A stretch of DNA of 16,681 nucleotides, taken from positions 1 through 16,681 of the forward strand of contig CALJER010000024.1 in assembly GCA_938074535.1 (NCBI GenBank), given 5' to 3'. This document shows positions 6,334 to 16,181 of this stretch, one piece after another. The notes beneath the pieces were generated by a model that was not told the origin of the DNA, made no database searches, and saw nothing but the letters and a program-made list of their open reading frames with translations. Source of the DNA: an uncultured archaeon. Its GTDB lineage: Archaea; Hadarchaeota; Hadarchaeia; Hadarchaeales; WYZ-LMO6. Each line of letters opens with the position of its first letter. Within the stretch, counting starts at the first letter, position 1. The translations under genes and the position numbers were made by a program.

Positions 6334-8133
6334 ATGGACTCCACGGGCATCCGCCTGTACCGCTCCTACTGCCGCTTCTGGGGGAGGCTGACGGGAATCA
6401 GGGGGGAGGGGCTGAGCCCCTCCACGCTCGAAGCCCTGCGGGAGGTGGGGGTGGGGCCCGGGGAGTTCGTGGCCGGCCTCCTCGCCTCCCTCCTCCTCCC
6501 CTTCCTTCCCCTCCTGCTCCTCGCCCTCCTCTCCCTCGGCGGGCTCGCTTCCTTCCCCTGGTACCTTCCCTCCCTCTCCCTCTGTTCCTCCCTCCTGCTC
6601 GGCCTCCTCTTCTACCTCCACCCCCTCCACGTGCGGGGGGTGAGGCTGAGCAGGGCGAGGGAGGAGGCGGTGAACACCGTGATGGTCCTCTCCTTCGCCC
6701 TCCACTCCCGCCCGGACCTGAGGGGGGCCGTGCTGCAGGCCGCCCAGGGGGAAGGGAGGCTGGCGGAGGACCTGAGGAGGGGGATGGTGGAGGTGGAGCG
6801 GAGGAGGTACGGGAGCACCAGGGAGCTTCTCACCCACCTGGCGGGAAGGTGGGGAAGGGTGGACGAGGGAGTGAGGACCGCCCTCTTCGACCTCGTGCGC
6901 TCCACCGGGGAGAGGGAGGAGGCCATGAGGCTCAGGGACCTTTCCAGGGCGCCCGAGCGGCTGCTGGAGAGCAGGGAGGCATCCCTCAGGAAGGAACTGG
7001 AGCAGCTGGTCCCCCTCACCGCCGCCTTCGTGGTCTTCGGCTCCCTTCTCATCGTGGTGGGAATAGGCCTTTCCCCCCTCTTCGGCATGGCCGGCATGGG
7101 ACTGGGCCTGCCCTTCTTCCTTCCCCTCTGCCTGCTGGTCCTCCTTTCCTCCTGGATCTTCTGCCTCTACGCCGGGGGGAGGAGACCACCCACCCTTCCC
7201 CCTCCCGAGCTCCCCCCGGGCCCCAAGAACCGGCTGACCCTCCTGGCCCCCCTCTGCCTCTTCCTCCTCCTCTCCTCTCCCTTCCTCCTCCACCTGTGGA
7301 GGGGGGTGGGAAGTGGGGACTCCCTATGGGTGCTCTGGGGAGGGGCCGGGGCCCTCTGCCTCCACGCCACGCTCTCGCTGGGGCCGAGGGCGGGGCTCAG
7401 GGAGGAGGAGAGGAGGAAGCTGGGGGACTGGGAGGTGGCCCTGGGCACCATGGGCTCCCGCATGCTGGACGGCAAATCGATGGGGGAGGCCCTGAGGGAG
7501 ACCGCCGAGCTCATGAAGGGCTCGGAGCTCTCGAAGCAGCTGGAGGAGGTGGCGAGGACCCAGGAGAGGCTGGGGGTGGGGGTGGAGGAGGCCCTCTTCG
7601 GGAGGGGAAGACTGGCGGAGAGGATCAGGAGCCCGCTGGTGCGCTCCTTCCTGCGGACCATCGTGGAGGTGAGGAAGTCCTCGGAGCAGGCGGCGGGGAG
7701 GGCCTGCATGCTGGCCGGCGAGTTCCTGGGGATGCTGAGGAGGGTGGAGAGGAGGTTCAGGGAGGAGATGGACGAGAGCCTGGGCAACCTTGGCCTGATG
7801 GCGATGCTCCTCATTCCCCTGGTCTGCGCGATGTCCCTCTGGGCCACCGGCCTCCTCTCCGGGGTCTCCCTGCTGGTGAGGGAGAGGGCGGCGGGAGCCG
7901 GCCTCACCCCCTTCCCCCTCCCGGGGATGGTGGAGGCGGAGGAGCTGGTGCTGCTCAAGCTGGCCCTGGGCTTCACCTCCCTCCTGCTCTCCCTCCTCCT
8001 GGCCTGGTACCTCTCCCTCCTGAAGACGGGAGGGGAGGAGGTGGAGTTCCTCCTCACGGCCAGACGCACGGTCCTGGCCTCCACCCTGGTCTTCACCTCC
8101 TCCTACCTCCTGCTCTCCCTGGTGTCGGTCTGA
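6334..8133 (+). CDS. Pilus assembly membrane platform protein (TadB/TadC/GspF-like, two repeats)
   Basis: Starts 1 nt after the ATPase stop; several TM segments alternating with two helical cytoplasmic domains; typical partner of this ATPase family. Confidence 0.78.
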   Translation: MDSTGIRLYRSYCRFWGRLTGIRGEGLSPSTLEALREVGVGPGEFVAGLLASLLLPFLPLLLLALLSLGGLASFPWYLPSLSLCSSLLLGLLFYLHPLHVRGVRLSRAREEAVNTVMVLSFALHSRPDLRGAVLQAAQGEGRLAEDLRRGMVEVERRRYGSTRELLTHLAGRWGRVDEGVRTALFDLVRSTGEREEAMRLRDLSRAPERLLESREASLRKELEQLVPLTAAFVVFGSLLIVVGIGLSPLFGMAGMGLGLPFFLPLCLLVLLSSWIFCLYAGGRRPPTLPPPELPPGPKNRLTLLAPLCLFLLLSSPFLLHLWRGVGSGDSLWVLWGGAGALCLHATLSLGPRAGLREEERRKLGDWEVALGTMGSRMLDGKSMGEALRETAELMKGSELSKQLEEVARTQERLGVGVEEALFGRGRLAERIRSPLVRSFLRTIVEVRKSSEQAAGRACMLAGEFLGMLRRVERRFREEMDESLGNLGLMAMLLIPLVCAMSLWATGLLSGVSLLVRERAAGAGLTPFPLPGMVEAEELVLLKLALGFTSLLLSLLLAWYLSLLKTGGEEVEFLLTARRTVLASTLVFTSSYLLLSLVSV

Positions 8134-8138
8134 GCCCT

Positions 8139-8152
8139 CGGTAGGGTTAAGA
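8139..8152 (+). promoter_or_regulatory. BRE + TATA-like box for eif2g
   Basis: CGGTAGGG-TTAAGA about 24 nt before ATG 8176; the same 12-mer precedes bud32. Confidence 0.55.
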
Positions 8153-8175
8153 GAGGGGAGGAAAGAGAGGGGAAG

Positions 8176-9378
8176 ATGCCCCAGGCCGTCGTGAACATAG
8201 GGATGATAGGGCACGTGGACCACGGGAAGACCACGCTGGTGGAGGCCCTCTCGGGGATCTGGACGGACACGCACAGCGAGGAGATCAAGAGGGGGATCAC
8301 CATCCGCCTGGGATACGCCGACACCTCCTTCATGAGGTGCCGCTCCTGCGGGAGGTACAGCACCAAGGAGAAGTGCCCGTACTGCGGTGGGGAAACGGAG
8401 CTCTCCCGCAGGGTCTCCTTCGTGGACGCACCCGGTCACGAGGCCCTGATGGCCACCACCCTGTGCGGGGCGGCCATCATGGACGGGGCGGTGCTGGTGA
8501 TAGCCGCCAACGAGCCCTGCCCCCAGCCCCAGACGAAGGAGCACCTGGCCGCCCTGAACATCGCGGGGGTGCACAGGGTGGTGGTGGCGCAGAACAAGAT
8601 CGAGCTGGTGCCGAAGGAGAAGCTGCTGGAGCACTACCAGCAGATCAGAAACTTCCTCTCCGGAACCTTCGCCGCCGAAGCCCCGGTGATTCCGGTCTCG
8701 GCCATCCACAGGGCCAACCTGGATGTCCTGATAGAGGAGATAGAGAAGAACATCCCCACCCCCCCCAGGGACCTCTCCAGGCCGCCCCTGATGTACGTGG
8801 CCCGATCCTTCGACACCAACAGGCCGGGGACCAGGCCCGAGGAGCTCGTGGGTGGGGTGGTGGGGGGGATGCTCTCCCAGGGCAGGCTGAGGGTGGGCGA
8901 CGAGATAGAGATCCTGCCCGGGATCCAGGAGGGGGGAACCTCCCTCCCCCTCAGGAGCAGGGTGGCCTCCATCCAGGCGGGAAAGGAGAGGCTGGAGGAA
9001 GCCGTGCCCGGGGGGCTGATAGGCGTCTCCACCCTCCTCGATCCCTCCCTCACGAAGGCCGACCGCCTGGTGGGGTGCGTGGTGGGGAAAGAAGGAGCGA
9101 TGCCCCCCGTCCTGAGCTCGCTGGAGCTGGAGGTGCACCTGATGGAGAGGGTGGTGGGCCTGCCCCAGGAGGTGGAGGTGAAGCCCCTGGCCCAGGGGGA
9201 GCAGCTGGTCCTGAACGTGGGGACCGCCACCACGGTGGGCACGGTGGTGAGGATGAAGGGGGAGAGGGCGGAGGTGAAGCTCACGCGCCTGGTCTGCGCC
9301 TTTGCCGGCGCCAGGGTGGCCCTGAGCAGGAGGGTGGGAGGGAGGTGGAGGCTCATAGGGTACGGGATCCTGGCATAG
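8176..9378 (+). CDS. eif2g: Translation initiation factor 2 subunit gamma (aIF2-gamma)
   Basis: GHVDHGKTT, EEIKRGITIRLGYAD, CxxC...CPYC zinc knuckle, DAPGHE, QPQTKEH, NKIE and C-terminal WRLIGYG. Confidence 0.98.
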   Translation: MPQAVVNIGMIGHVDHGKTTLVEALSGIWTDTHSEEIKRGITIRLGYADTSFMRCRSCGRYSTKEKCPYCGGETELSRRVSFVDAPGHEALMATTLCGAAIMDGAVLVIAANEPCPQPQTKEHLAALNIAGVHRVVVAQNKIELVPKEKLLEHYQQIRNFLSGTFAAEAPVIPVSAIHRANLDVLIEEIEKNIPTPPRDLSRPPLMYVARSFDTNRPGTRPEELVGGVVGGMLSQGRLRVGDEIEILPGIQEGGTSLPLRSRVASIQAGKERLEEAVPGGLIGVSTLLDPSLTKADRLVGCVVGKEGAMPPVLSSLELEVHLMERVVGLPQEVEVKPLAQGEQLVLNVGTATTVGTVVRMKGERAEVKLTRLVCAFAGARVALSRRVGGRWRLIGYGILA

Positions 9379-9380
9379 CC

Positions 9381-9386
9381 TTTTTT
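9381..9386 (+). terminator. Possible oligo-U terminator after eif2g
   Basis: T6 tract in a pyrimidine run 2 nt after the stop codon; T-runs are rare in this window. Confidence 0.4.
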
Positions 9387-9409
9387 CCTCTCCCCCCGCA
9401 GGAGGAAGG

Positions 9410-9628
9410 ATGGCCGGAAAGAAGGAGAGGACCTGCTCCCTGAAGGAGAACCTGAGGAGCTGCACCTGCACCTACGAGCCCTGCTCCAGGAAAGGGGTGT
9501 GCTGCGAGTGCCTGAGGTACCACTGGGGCAGGAAGGAGCTTCCAGGGTGCTTCTTCCCCCCGGAGGTGGAGCGGACCTACGACCGGTCGCTGGAGCGCTT
9601 CATCCGGTGCTACACGCGGCTTCCCTGA
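9410..9628 (+). CDS. Small Cys-rich protein, DUF6485-like
   Basis: CTCTYEPCSRKGVCCECLRYH...LPGCFF...TYDRS pattern recalled from that family; GGAGG RBS at 9401-9405. Confidence 0.8.
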   Translation: MAGKKERTCSLKENLRSCTCTYEPCSRKGVCCECLRYHWGRKELPGCFFPPEVERTYDRSLERFIRCYTRLP

Positions 9629-10265
9629 GCCTGCGGATGGCCAGCGCTCTGTCCCTCTGCCCGTAGATGGCGGTGCCGGCCACCAGCAGGTTGGCCCCCG
9701 CCCTCACCGCCAGGGGCGCCGTCTCCACCGAGATCCCTCCGTCCACGGCGAGGTCCAGGTCCAGTCCCCTCTCCCTCACCAGCCGGCCGGCCCTCCTGAG
9801 CTTGGGGAGGGTGCTCTTCAGGAACCTCTGGCTCCCGAAGCCCGGGTGGACGGTCATCACCAGGAGGAGGTCCACCTCCTCCACCACCCCCTCCACGCTG
9901 GAGAGGGGGGTCTCGGGATTCAGGGCCACGCCCGCCTTCGCCCCCATCCTCCTCAGGGAGGAGAGCGTGCGGCGGAGGTCGCGACACGTTTCAACATGCA
10001 CCGTCACGATGTCCCCTCCGGCCTCCACGAACCTCCCGAGGTACTTCTCCGGGTGCTCTATCATGAGGTGGACGTTGAAGGGGAGGTCGGTTCTGTCCCT
10101 CAGGCAGCGGATGACGGAGGGGCCCACCGTGAGGTTGGGGACGAAGTGCCCGTCCATCACGTCCCAGTGCAGGAGGTCGGCCCCTCCCCTTTCCACTTCC
10201 TTCACCTCCTCCTCCAGCCTGGAGAAGTCCGCGGAAAGGAGGGAGGGAGCTATCTTGATCCTCAT
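9600..10265 (-). CDS. rpe: Ribulose-phosphate 3-epimerase
   Basis: IAPSLLSADF, HWDVMDGHFVPN, VHLM, MTVHPGFGSQ, VDGG and VAGT motifs; ATGA overlap with upstream gene. Confidence 0.97.
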   Translation of the reverse strand: MRIKIAPSLLSADFSRLEEEVKEVERGGADLLHWDVMDGHFVPNLTVGPSVIRCLRDRTDLPFNVHLMIEHPEKYLGRFVEAGGDIVTVHVETCRDLRRTLSSLRRMGAKAGVALNPETPLSSVEGVVEEVDLLLVMTVHPGFGSQRFLKSTLPKLRRAGRLVRERGLDLDLAVDGGISVETAPLAVRAGANLLVAGTAIYGQRDRALAIRRLREAACSTG

Positions 10266-11224
10266 CTCGCCATCCCCCTCACCTCCCTGACCGCCTGCTG
10301 GATGTGGCGGGAGGTCAGGCCGTAGGCCTCGTAGAGCTCCCTCCAGGATCCCGACTTCCCGAACTCGTCCTTCACCCCCACCCTCTTCAGGGGGGTGGGC
10401 CTGCGCTCGGCCAGCAGCTCGGCCACCGCCCCTCCCAGCCCCCCGAAGATGCTGTGGTCCTCTGCCGTAACCAGGAAGCCCGTCCTCGAGGCCGCCTCCA
10501 GCACCGTCCTCTCGTCCAGGGGCTTCAGCGTGTGGACATCGACCACGCCCACCCTCAGGCCCTCCTTCCTCAGGGCCTCGGAGGCCTCCAGCGCCTCCAC
10601 CACCATCGGACCGGTGGCCAGCACGGTGGCGTCCTCCCCCTCCTCCAGCACCACGCTCCCACCTATCCTGAACTCCAGTCTCTCACCCCTGTAGGTGTAG
10701 CCCTCCCCGTACACCAGCCCCGTCTTGGCCCTGGGAAGCCTGAGGAAGGCAGGACCCCTGTGGCGCACCAGGGACCTCACCGCCTGCTCGGTCTCCACGG
10801 CGTCAGCCGGAACGATCACGGTCGTGCGGGGGAGGGAGCGCATCACCGCCAGATCCCAGAGGCAGAAGTGGGAGGCCCCGTCCTCCCCCACAGAGAGACC
10901 TCCGTGCGTGACCACCACCTTCACGTTCAGGTTGGGGTAGGCGATGGACTGCTTGAACTGGCTCAGTCCCTTTTCGGTGGCGAAGACGGAGAAGGTACTG
11001 ACGAAGGGGAGCTTGCCGCAGGAGGCCAGGCCGGCGGCCACCCCCATCAGGTTGGCCTCCGCCACTCCCACGTTGAAGAACCTCTCCGGGAACCTTTTAG
11101 CGAAGAGGAAGGTCTGGGTGGAGGTGGAGAGGTCGGCGTCCAGCACCACGATCTCGGGGTGCCTCTCCCCCAGCTCCACCAGCGTCCTGCCGTAGGCCTC
11201 CCTCATGGAAGCCGAGGGCCTCAT
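10262..11224 (-). CDS. Transketolase, C-terminal subunit (pyrimidine-binding + C-terminal domains)
   Basis: DADLSTST, NVGVAE, GEDGASH, KPLD, EDH...GGLG motifs; start set at ATG 11224 (ATGA overlap with N-subunit stop) instead of track start 11446. Confidence 0.93.
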   Translation of the reverse strand: MRPSASMREAYGRTLVELGERHPEIVVLDADLSTSTQTFLFAKRFPERFFNVGVAEANLMGVAAGLASCGKLPFVSTFSVFATEKGLSQFKQSIAYPNLNVKVVVTHGGLSVGEDGASHFCLWDLAVMRSLPRTTVIVPADAVETEQAVRSLVRHRGPAFLRLPRAKTGLVYGEGYTYRGERLEFRIGGSVVLEEGEDATVLATGPMVVEALEASEALRKEGLRVGVVDVHTLKPLDERTVLEAASRTGFLVTAEDHSIFGGLGGAVAELLAERRPTPLKRVGVKDEFGKSGSWRELYEAYGLTSRHIQQAVREVRGMAR

Positions 11225-12072
11225 CCTCCCAGCTCCCCCAGCGCCCTCTCCAGTTCCTCCCTGGTGAGGGGGGTGCCGTGGTACTTCACCTGGTTCTCCA
11301 TGAACGAAACCCCCTTCCCCTTGACCGTTCTGGCCAGGAGAACCGTGGGCTTTCCCTTCACCCCCTCCGCCCCATCCAGCGCCTCCGCCACCTGCCGGAG
11401 ATCGTGCCCGTCCACCTCCACCACGTTCCATCCGAAGGCCCTCCACTTCTCCGCCAGGGGCTCCAGCCCCACGATCTCCTCCGTGAAGCCGTCGAGCTGG
11501 ATCCTGTTCCTGTCCACTATCCCCACCAGGTTGTCCAGCCGCTGGTGGGAGGCGAACATGGCGGCCTCCCAGACCTGCCCCTCATCCATCTCCCCGTCCC
11601 CCATGAGGACGTAAACCCTGTACTCCCTCCGGTCCAGCCTGCCCGCCAGGGCCATGCCGCACCCTATGGAGAGGCCCTGCCCCAGGGACCCCGTGGAGGC
11701 CTCCACCCCCGGGGTGGAGGAGGAGTCCGGATGTCCCTGGAGGGGGCTGCCCAGCCTCCTGAGGGTGCGCAGCCACTCCCGCGGAAAGAAGCCCGCGAGG
11801 GAGAGGGCGGAGTAGAGGGCGGGACAGGCGTGTCCCTTCGAGAGGATGAACCTGTCCCTTCCCTCCCACGCAGGGTTAGCGGGGTCGTAGCGAAGGTGGT
11901 GGAAGTACAGGACGGAGAGCAGGTCGGCGCAGGAGAGGGAACCGCCCGGATGGCCCGAGCCGGCCTCCGTGGTCATGATCAGGGAATCCCTGCGGATGGT
12001 CCTCGCCTTCTCCTCCAGCTCGCGGAGGAGGGAGGGTGTGTGGGGCTCCGACTTCCTGTCGAAGACCACCAT
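11221..12072 (-). CDS. Transketolase, N-terminal (TPP-binding) subunit
   Basis: GHPGGSLS, DRFILSKGHA, LQGHP, TGSLGQG and TPP motif GDGEMDEGQVWEA...N. Confidence 0.96.
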   Translation of the reverse strand: MVVFDRKSEPHTPSLLRELEEKARTIRRDSLIMTTEAGSGHPGGSLSCADLLSVLYFHHLRYDPANPAWEGRDRFILSKGHACPALYSALSLAGFFPREWLRTLRRLGSPLQGHPDSSSTPGVEASTGSLGQGLSIGCGMALAGRLDRREYRVYVLMGDGEMDEGQVWEAAMFASHQRLDNLVGIVDRNRIQLDGFTEEIVGLEPLAEKWRAFGWNVVEVDGHDLRQVAEALDGAEGVKGKPTVLLARTVKGKGVSFMENQVKYHGTPLTREELERALGELGG

Positions 12073-12092
12073 CGACTCACTGGGTAGGGAGC

Positions 12093-12099
12093 ATATTAA
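12093..12099 (-). promoter_or_regulatory. TATA box for the transketolase-rpe operon
   Basis: TTAATAT 20 nt upstream of ATG 12072 with no RBS, consistent with a leaderless transcript. Confidence 0.55.
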
Positions 12100-12141
12100 G
12101 AGCTATCATCCCTTCCCCTAAAATCCCCGCCCTCCCAGTAG

Positions 12142-13139
<998 letters not shown>

Positions 13140-13166
13140 CCGCACCCTCTCACTCCTTAAGGTCGC

Positions 13167-13841
13167 ATGCTGCTGAAGAGGGGGGCGGAAGCGGAGCTCC
13201 ATGTGGAGGACTTCACGCTCCACCCGCTGGGAAAGGGGAAGGTGGTGGTGAAGCACAGGGTCCCCAAGCGGTACAGGATCAGGGAGCTTGACCTCTCCCT
13301 CAGGGAGGCCAGGACCTCCCTCGAGGCCAGGCTCCTCTCCGATGCCAAAAGGGCTGGCGTCCTCACCCCTCCCGTGTACGAGGTGGACAGGGAGAACATG
13401 AGGGTGGTGATGGAGTACGTGGAGGGGAGGCCCCTGAAGGAGGTTCTGGAGGAAATGGGGAGGGAGGAGAGGAGGAGGGTCTGCAGGGAAATAGGCAGGT
13501 ACGTGGCCCGCCTGCACCGGAAGGGTCTGGTCCACGGGGACCTGACCACCTCCAACCTCCTGCTCACGCCGGGGGGGGACCTCTACCTGGTGGACTTCGG
13601 GCTGGGCGAGTACACCTCCTCCCTGGAGGCCAGGGGGGTGGACCTCCACCTGCTGAGGAGGGCCCTCCAGAGCGTGCACTTCCGGATAGCGGAGGAGGCC
13701 TACCGGGAGATCTGCTCCGCCTACCTGAGGGAGTTCGGGAAGGGGGGGAGGGAGGTGCTGGCGAGGGCAGAGGAGATAGCCAGGAGGGGGAGGTACATAG
13801 GGAGGGAGGAGCGTGGTGCTCTTCTTCGTGACGGGAAATGA
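13167..13841 (+). CDS. bud32: KEOPS kinase/ATPase Bud32
   Basis: GAEA, KxRxPKRYR, HGDLTTSN, DFGL, VDL and C-terminal RGRY motifs; adjacent to kae1. Confidence 0.96.
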   Translation: MLLKRGAEAELHVEDFTLHPLGKGKVVVKHRVPKRYRIRELDLSLREARTSLEARLLSDAKRAGVLTPPVYEVDRENMRVVMEYVEGRPLKEVLEEMGREERRRVCREIGRYVARLHRKGLVHGDLTTSNLLLTPGGDLYLVDFGLGEYTSSLEARGVDLHLLRRALQSVHFRIAEEAYREICSAYLREFGKGGREVLARAEEIARRGRYIGREERGALLRDGK

Positions 13842-14379
13842 GGGGAAGTTCAGGGAGGTGAGCGCCCTGGCGGCCAGGTTCGGGGTGGAGCTCAGGCACA
13901 GCAGGACCCCCTATCTGGAGATCCAGGCGGACAGCCTCTCCGACATAGCCAGGGTGGGGGCGCAGCAGGCCTTCGGGCTCCTGAAGGCCCCCTGCTTCGT
14001 GGAGGACTCCGGGCTCTTCATTTCCTCCCTCAGGGGCTTTCCCGGTCCCTACTCCAAGTACGTCTTCCTCACCATAGGGAACAGGGGGGTGCTGAAGCTC
14101 ATGGAGGGGGTGGAGGACAGGAGGGCGGTCTTCCGCTCCTGCGTGGGGTACTGCGGGAGGGACGGGAGGCCCCTCACCTTCGAGGGGAAGGCGGAGGGGA
14201 GGATCTCGACGGAGGAGAGGGGAAGGGGGGGCTTCGGCTTCGACCCCATCTTCGTCCCGGACGAGGGGGACGGCAGGACCTTCGCCGAGATGTCGGTGGA
14301 AGAAAAGAACGCGCTCTCCCACCGGGGGAAGGCCGTAGAAGGGTTCTTTAGGTGGTACCTTCTTCATAAGGAGGAATAA
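13813..14379 (+). CDS. rdgB: Non-canonical purine NTP (dITP/XTP) pyrophosphatase, RdgB/HAM1 family
   Basis: TGNEGK, EIQ, EDSGL, FPGPYS, GFGFDPIF, TFAEM and KNALSHR motifs; GTG start with GGAGG RBS. Confidence 0.96.
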   Translation: MVLFFVTGNEGKFREVSALAARFGVELRHSRTPYLEIQADSLSDIARVGAQQAFGLLKAPCFVEDSGLFISSLRGFPGPYSKYVFLTIGNRGVLKLMEGVEDRRAVFRSCVGYCGRDGRPLTFEGKAEGRISTEERGRGGFGFDPIFVPDEGDGRTFAEMSVEEKNALSHRGKAVEGFFRWYLLHKEE

Positions 14380-14390
14380 CCGGTGAGGGC

Positions 14391-14768
14391 ATGACCGGGG
14401 AAAAAGAGGTGGAGGAACTCGTGGTGAAGCTGGCCAGGGAGGGCCATCCTCCCAGCAGGATAGGCCTCCTCCTGAGGGACCTCCACGGGGTGGGCTCCGT
14501 CAAGAAGGCCACCGGAAAGAGCCTCTCCCAGATCCTGGAGGAGAGGGGGGTGAGGAGGCCCCTGCCGGAGGACCTCTCCAACCTGGTGAGAAGGGCCCTG
14601 CGCCTCCAGAGGCACCTGGAGAAGAACAGAAAGGACAAGGTTTCCCTTCGCTCCCTGGAAATCACGGAGCAGAGGATAAGGAAGCTCTCCCGCTACTACG
14701 TGAGGGTGGGAAAGCTGCCCAGGGACTGGAAGTACGAAAGGGAGAAGGCCGCTCTGCTCGTCAGGTGA
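14391..14768 (+). CDS. rps15: 30S ribosomal protein uS15 (S15P/S13e), N-terminally short
   Basis: EVEELVVKLAREG, PSRIGLLLRD, LPEDL, HLEKNRKD, RYY and LPRDWKY motifs; GGTGA RBS at 14382-14386. Confidence 0.95.
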   Translation: MTGEKEVEELVVKLAREGHPPSRIGLLLRDLHGVGSVKKATGKSLSQILEERGVRRPLPEDLSNLVRRALRLQRHLEKNRKDKVSLRSLEITEQRIRKLSRYYVRVGKLPRDWKYEREKAALLVR

Positions 14769-14777
14769 GGTGAGCTT

Positions 14778-16181
14778 TTGAGGGAGGAGGTGGCTGCCTT
14801 CGAGAAAAAAGCGGGCGAAGTCGCCTCCCTCCTCCGGGAGAAGCTGGAGGACAGGACGGTGGAGATCTTCACCCACGCCGACGCCGACGGAATCTCCGCC
14901 TCCAGCCTCTTCGCCATGTACCTCTACCTGCGCGGCATCCCCTTCAGGGTAAAGTTCACCCGTCCCTACGGTTCCAAGGAGATGGTGGAGCTGGGCAAAA
15001 GCGAGGAGGAGAGGTTCTTCGTCTTCCTCGACCAGGGGAGCAGGGAGATACCCACCCTGGAGAGGGCGGTGACGAACAGGGGGCACGAGGTGCTGATCCT
15101 GGACCACCATCCCGGGCAGCCCACGCAGGATCCGCGTCTGCTCTGCCTGAATCCGCACCTGATGGGGCTCAACGGGGCCAAGGAGGCCTGCGCCTCCACC
15201 GTGGTCTACAGCGTGGTGGAAAAGATGGAGAGGAGGCTGAGGAAGGAGGTGTGGCTGGCCCTGGTGGGGGCGCTTGGGGACAGGCAGGAGCTGCCCGAGG
15301 GCTTCACGGGGGTCAACGCCCTCCTCCTCCGCCTGGCGCTGGAGGAGGGGGTGGTGGAGAAAAAGGAGGGGATGAAGCTGCTGGACAGGGAGGGGGTCCC
15401 CGCCTCGGAGTGCCTCAGGATCTCCGTCCGGCCCTACCTCCCCGGAATCTCGGGGAACTCCCTCGCCTCCGCCGAGATACCCGAGAAGCTGGGGATCCCT
15501 CCCTCCTCCTCCCTGGAGGAGCTGGGGGAGGAGGGCGAGAGGAGGCTCTGCGAGGCCCTGCTGGAGAGGCTGGGACTGGGGGAGGAGATGAGGGACGTGC
15601 TGTGGGGAACCGTCTACCGCCTGAAGGACCGCTCCCTTCCCAACCTCAGAAAGTGGGCCGTGGCCCTGGACGCCAGCGACACCTACAAGAGGCCAGAGAT
15701 AGGCTTCGCCGCCAACCTCGGGGACGAGGAGGCGAGGGAGGAGTGCCTCCTCCTGCTCCAGGGGTACCAGAGGAGAATGCTGGAGAACATGGCCTGGTTC
15801 TCCAGGAACCTCCCCCGCTTCGAGGTCACCCCCAAGGCCAGGTACGTGAGGGTGGGAAGGGAGGTGCCCCCCTCCGAGATGGGGGAGATGCTTTCCCTGG
15901 CGCTGGAATCCAGGCTCGTGGAGGGCGATCGCCCCCTGATAGGGCTCGCTGAAAGCGGGGAAGATGAGGTGAAGGTCTCGGGAAGGGCCACCTTTTACCT
16001 GACCTCCCTGGGAATCAACATAGGGAGGGTGATGAACGAGGCGGCAAGGGCGGTGGGGGGGGAGGGAGGAGGGCACGACGTCTCGGGGGCCGCCTACATC
16101 CCCAAGGACATGGCGGAGAGCTTCGTGAGGGAGGTGGAGCGCTGCCTCCCCCAGCCCGTCCTCCCCGGGGGCAGGAGATGA
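14778..16181 (+). CDS. DHH/DHHA1 phosphoesterase, archaeal RecJ-like (GAN/Cdc45-related) protein
   Basis: HADADG, FLDQGS, ILDHH, LNPH, VGALGD, KVSGR and GGGHDVSG motifs; TTG start with GAGGTGA RBS; usual position after rps15. Confidence 0.9.
   Translation: MREEVAAFEKKAGEVASLLREKLEDRTVEIFTHADADGISASSLFAMYLYLRGIPFRVKFTRPYGSKEMVELGKSEEERFFVFLDQGSREIPTLERAVTNRGHEVLILDHHPGQPTQDPRLLCLNPHLMGLNGAKEACASTVVYSVVEKMERRLRKEVWLALVGALGDRQELPEGFTGVNALLLRLALEEGVVEKKEGMKLLDREGVPASECLRISVRPYLPGISGNSLASAEIPEKLGIPPSSSLEELGEEGERRLCEALLERLGLGEEMRDVLWGTVYRLKDRSLPNLRKWAVALDASDTYKRPEIGFAANLGDEEAREECLLLLQGYQRRMLENMAWFSRNLPRFEVTPKARYVRVGREVPPSEMGEMLSLALESRLVEGDRPLIGLAESGEDEVKVSGRATFYLTSLGINIGRVMNEAARAVGGEGGGHDVSGAAYIPKDMAESFVREVERCLPQPVLPGGRR

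Noticed and set aside
4689-9471. Long antisense or alternate-frame ORFs (e.g. 4689..6350, 7324..9471; also 10304..11614, 14364..16076)
   Set aside because: Shadow ORFs expected from high GC3 and stop scarcity; Pro/Leu/Gly/His-rich with no motifs.
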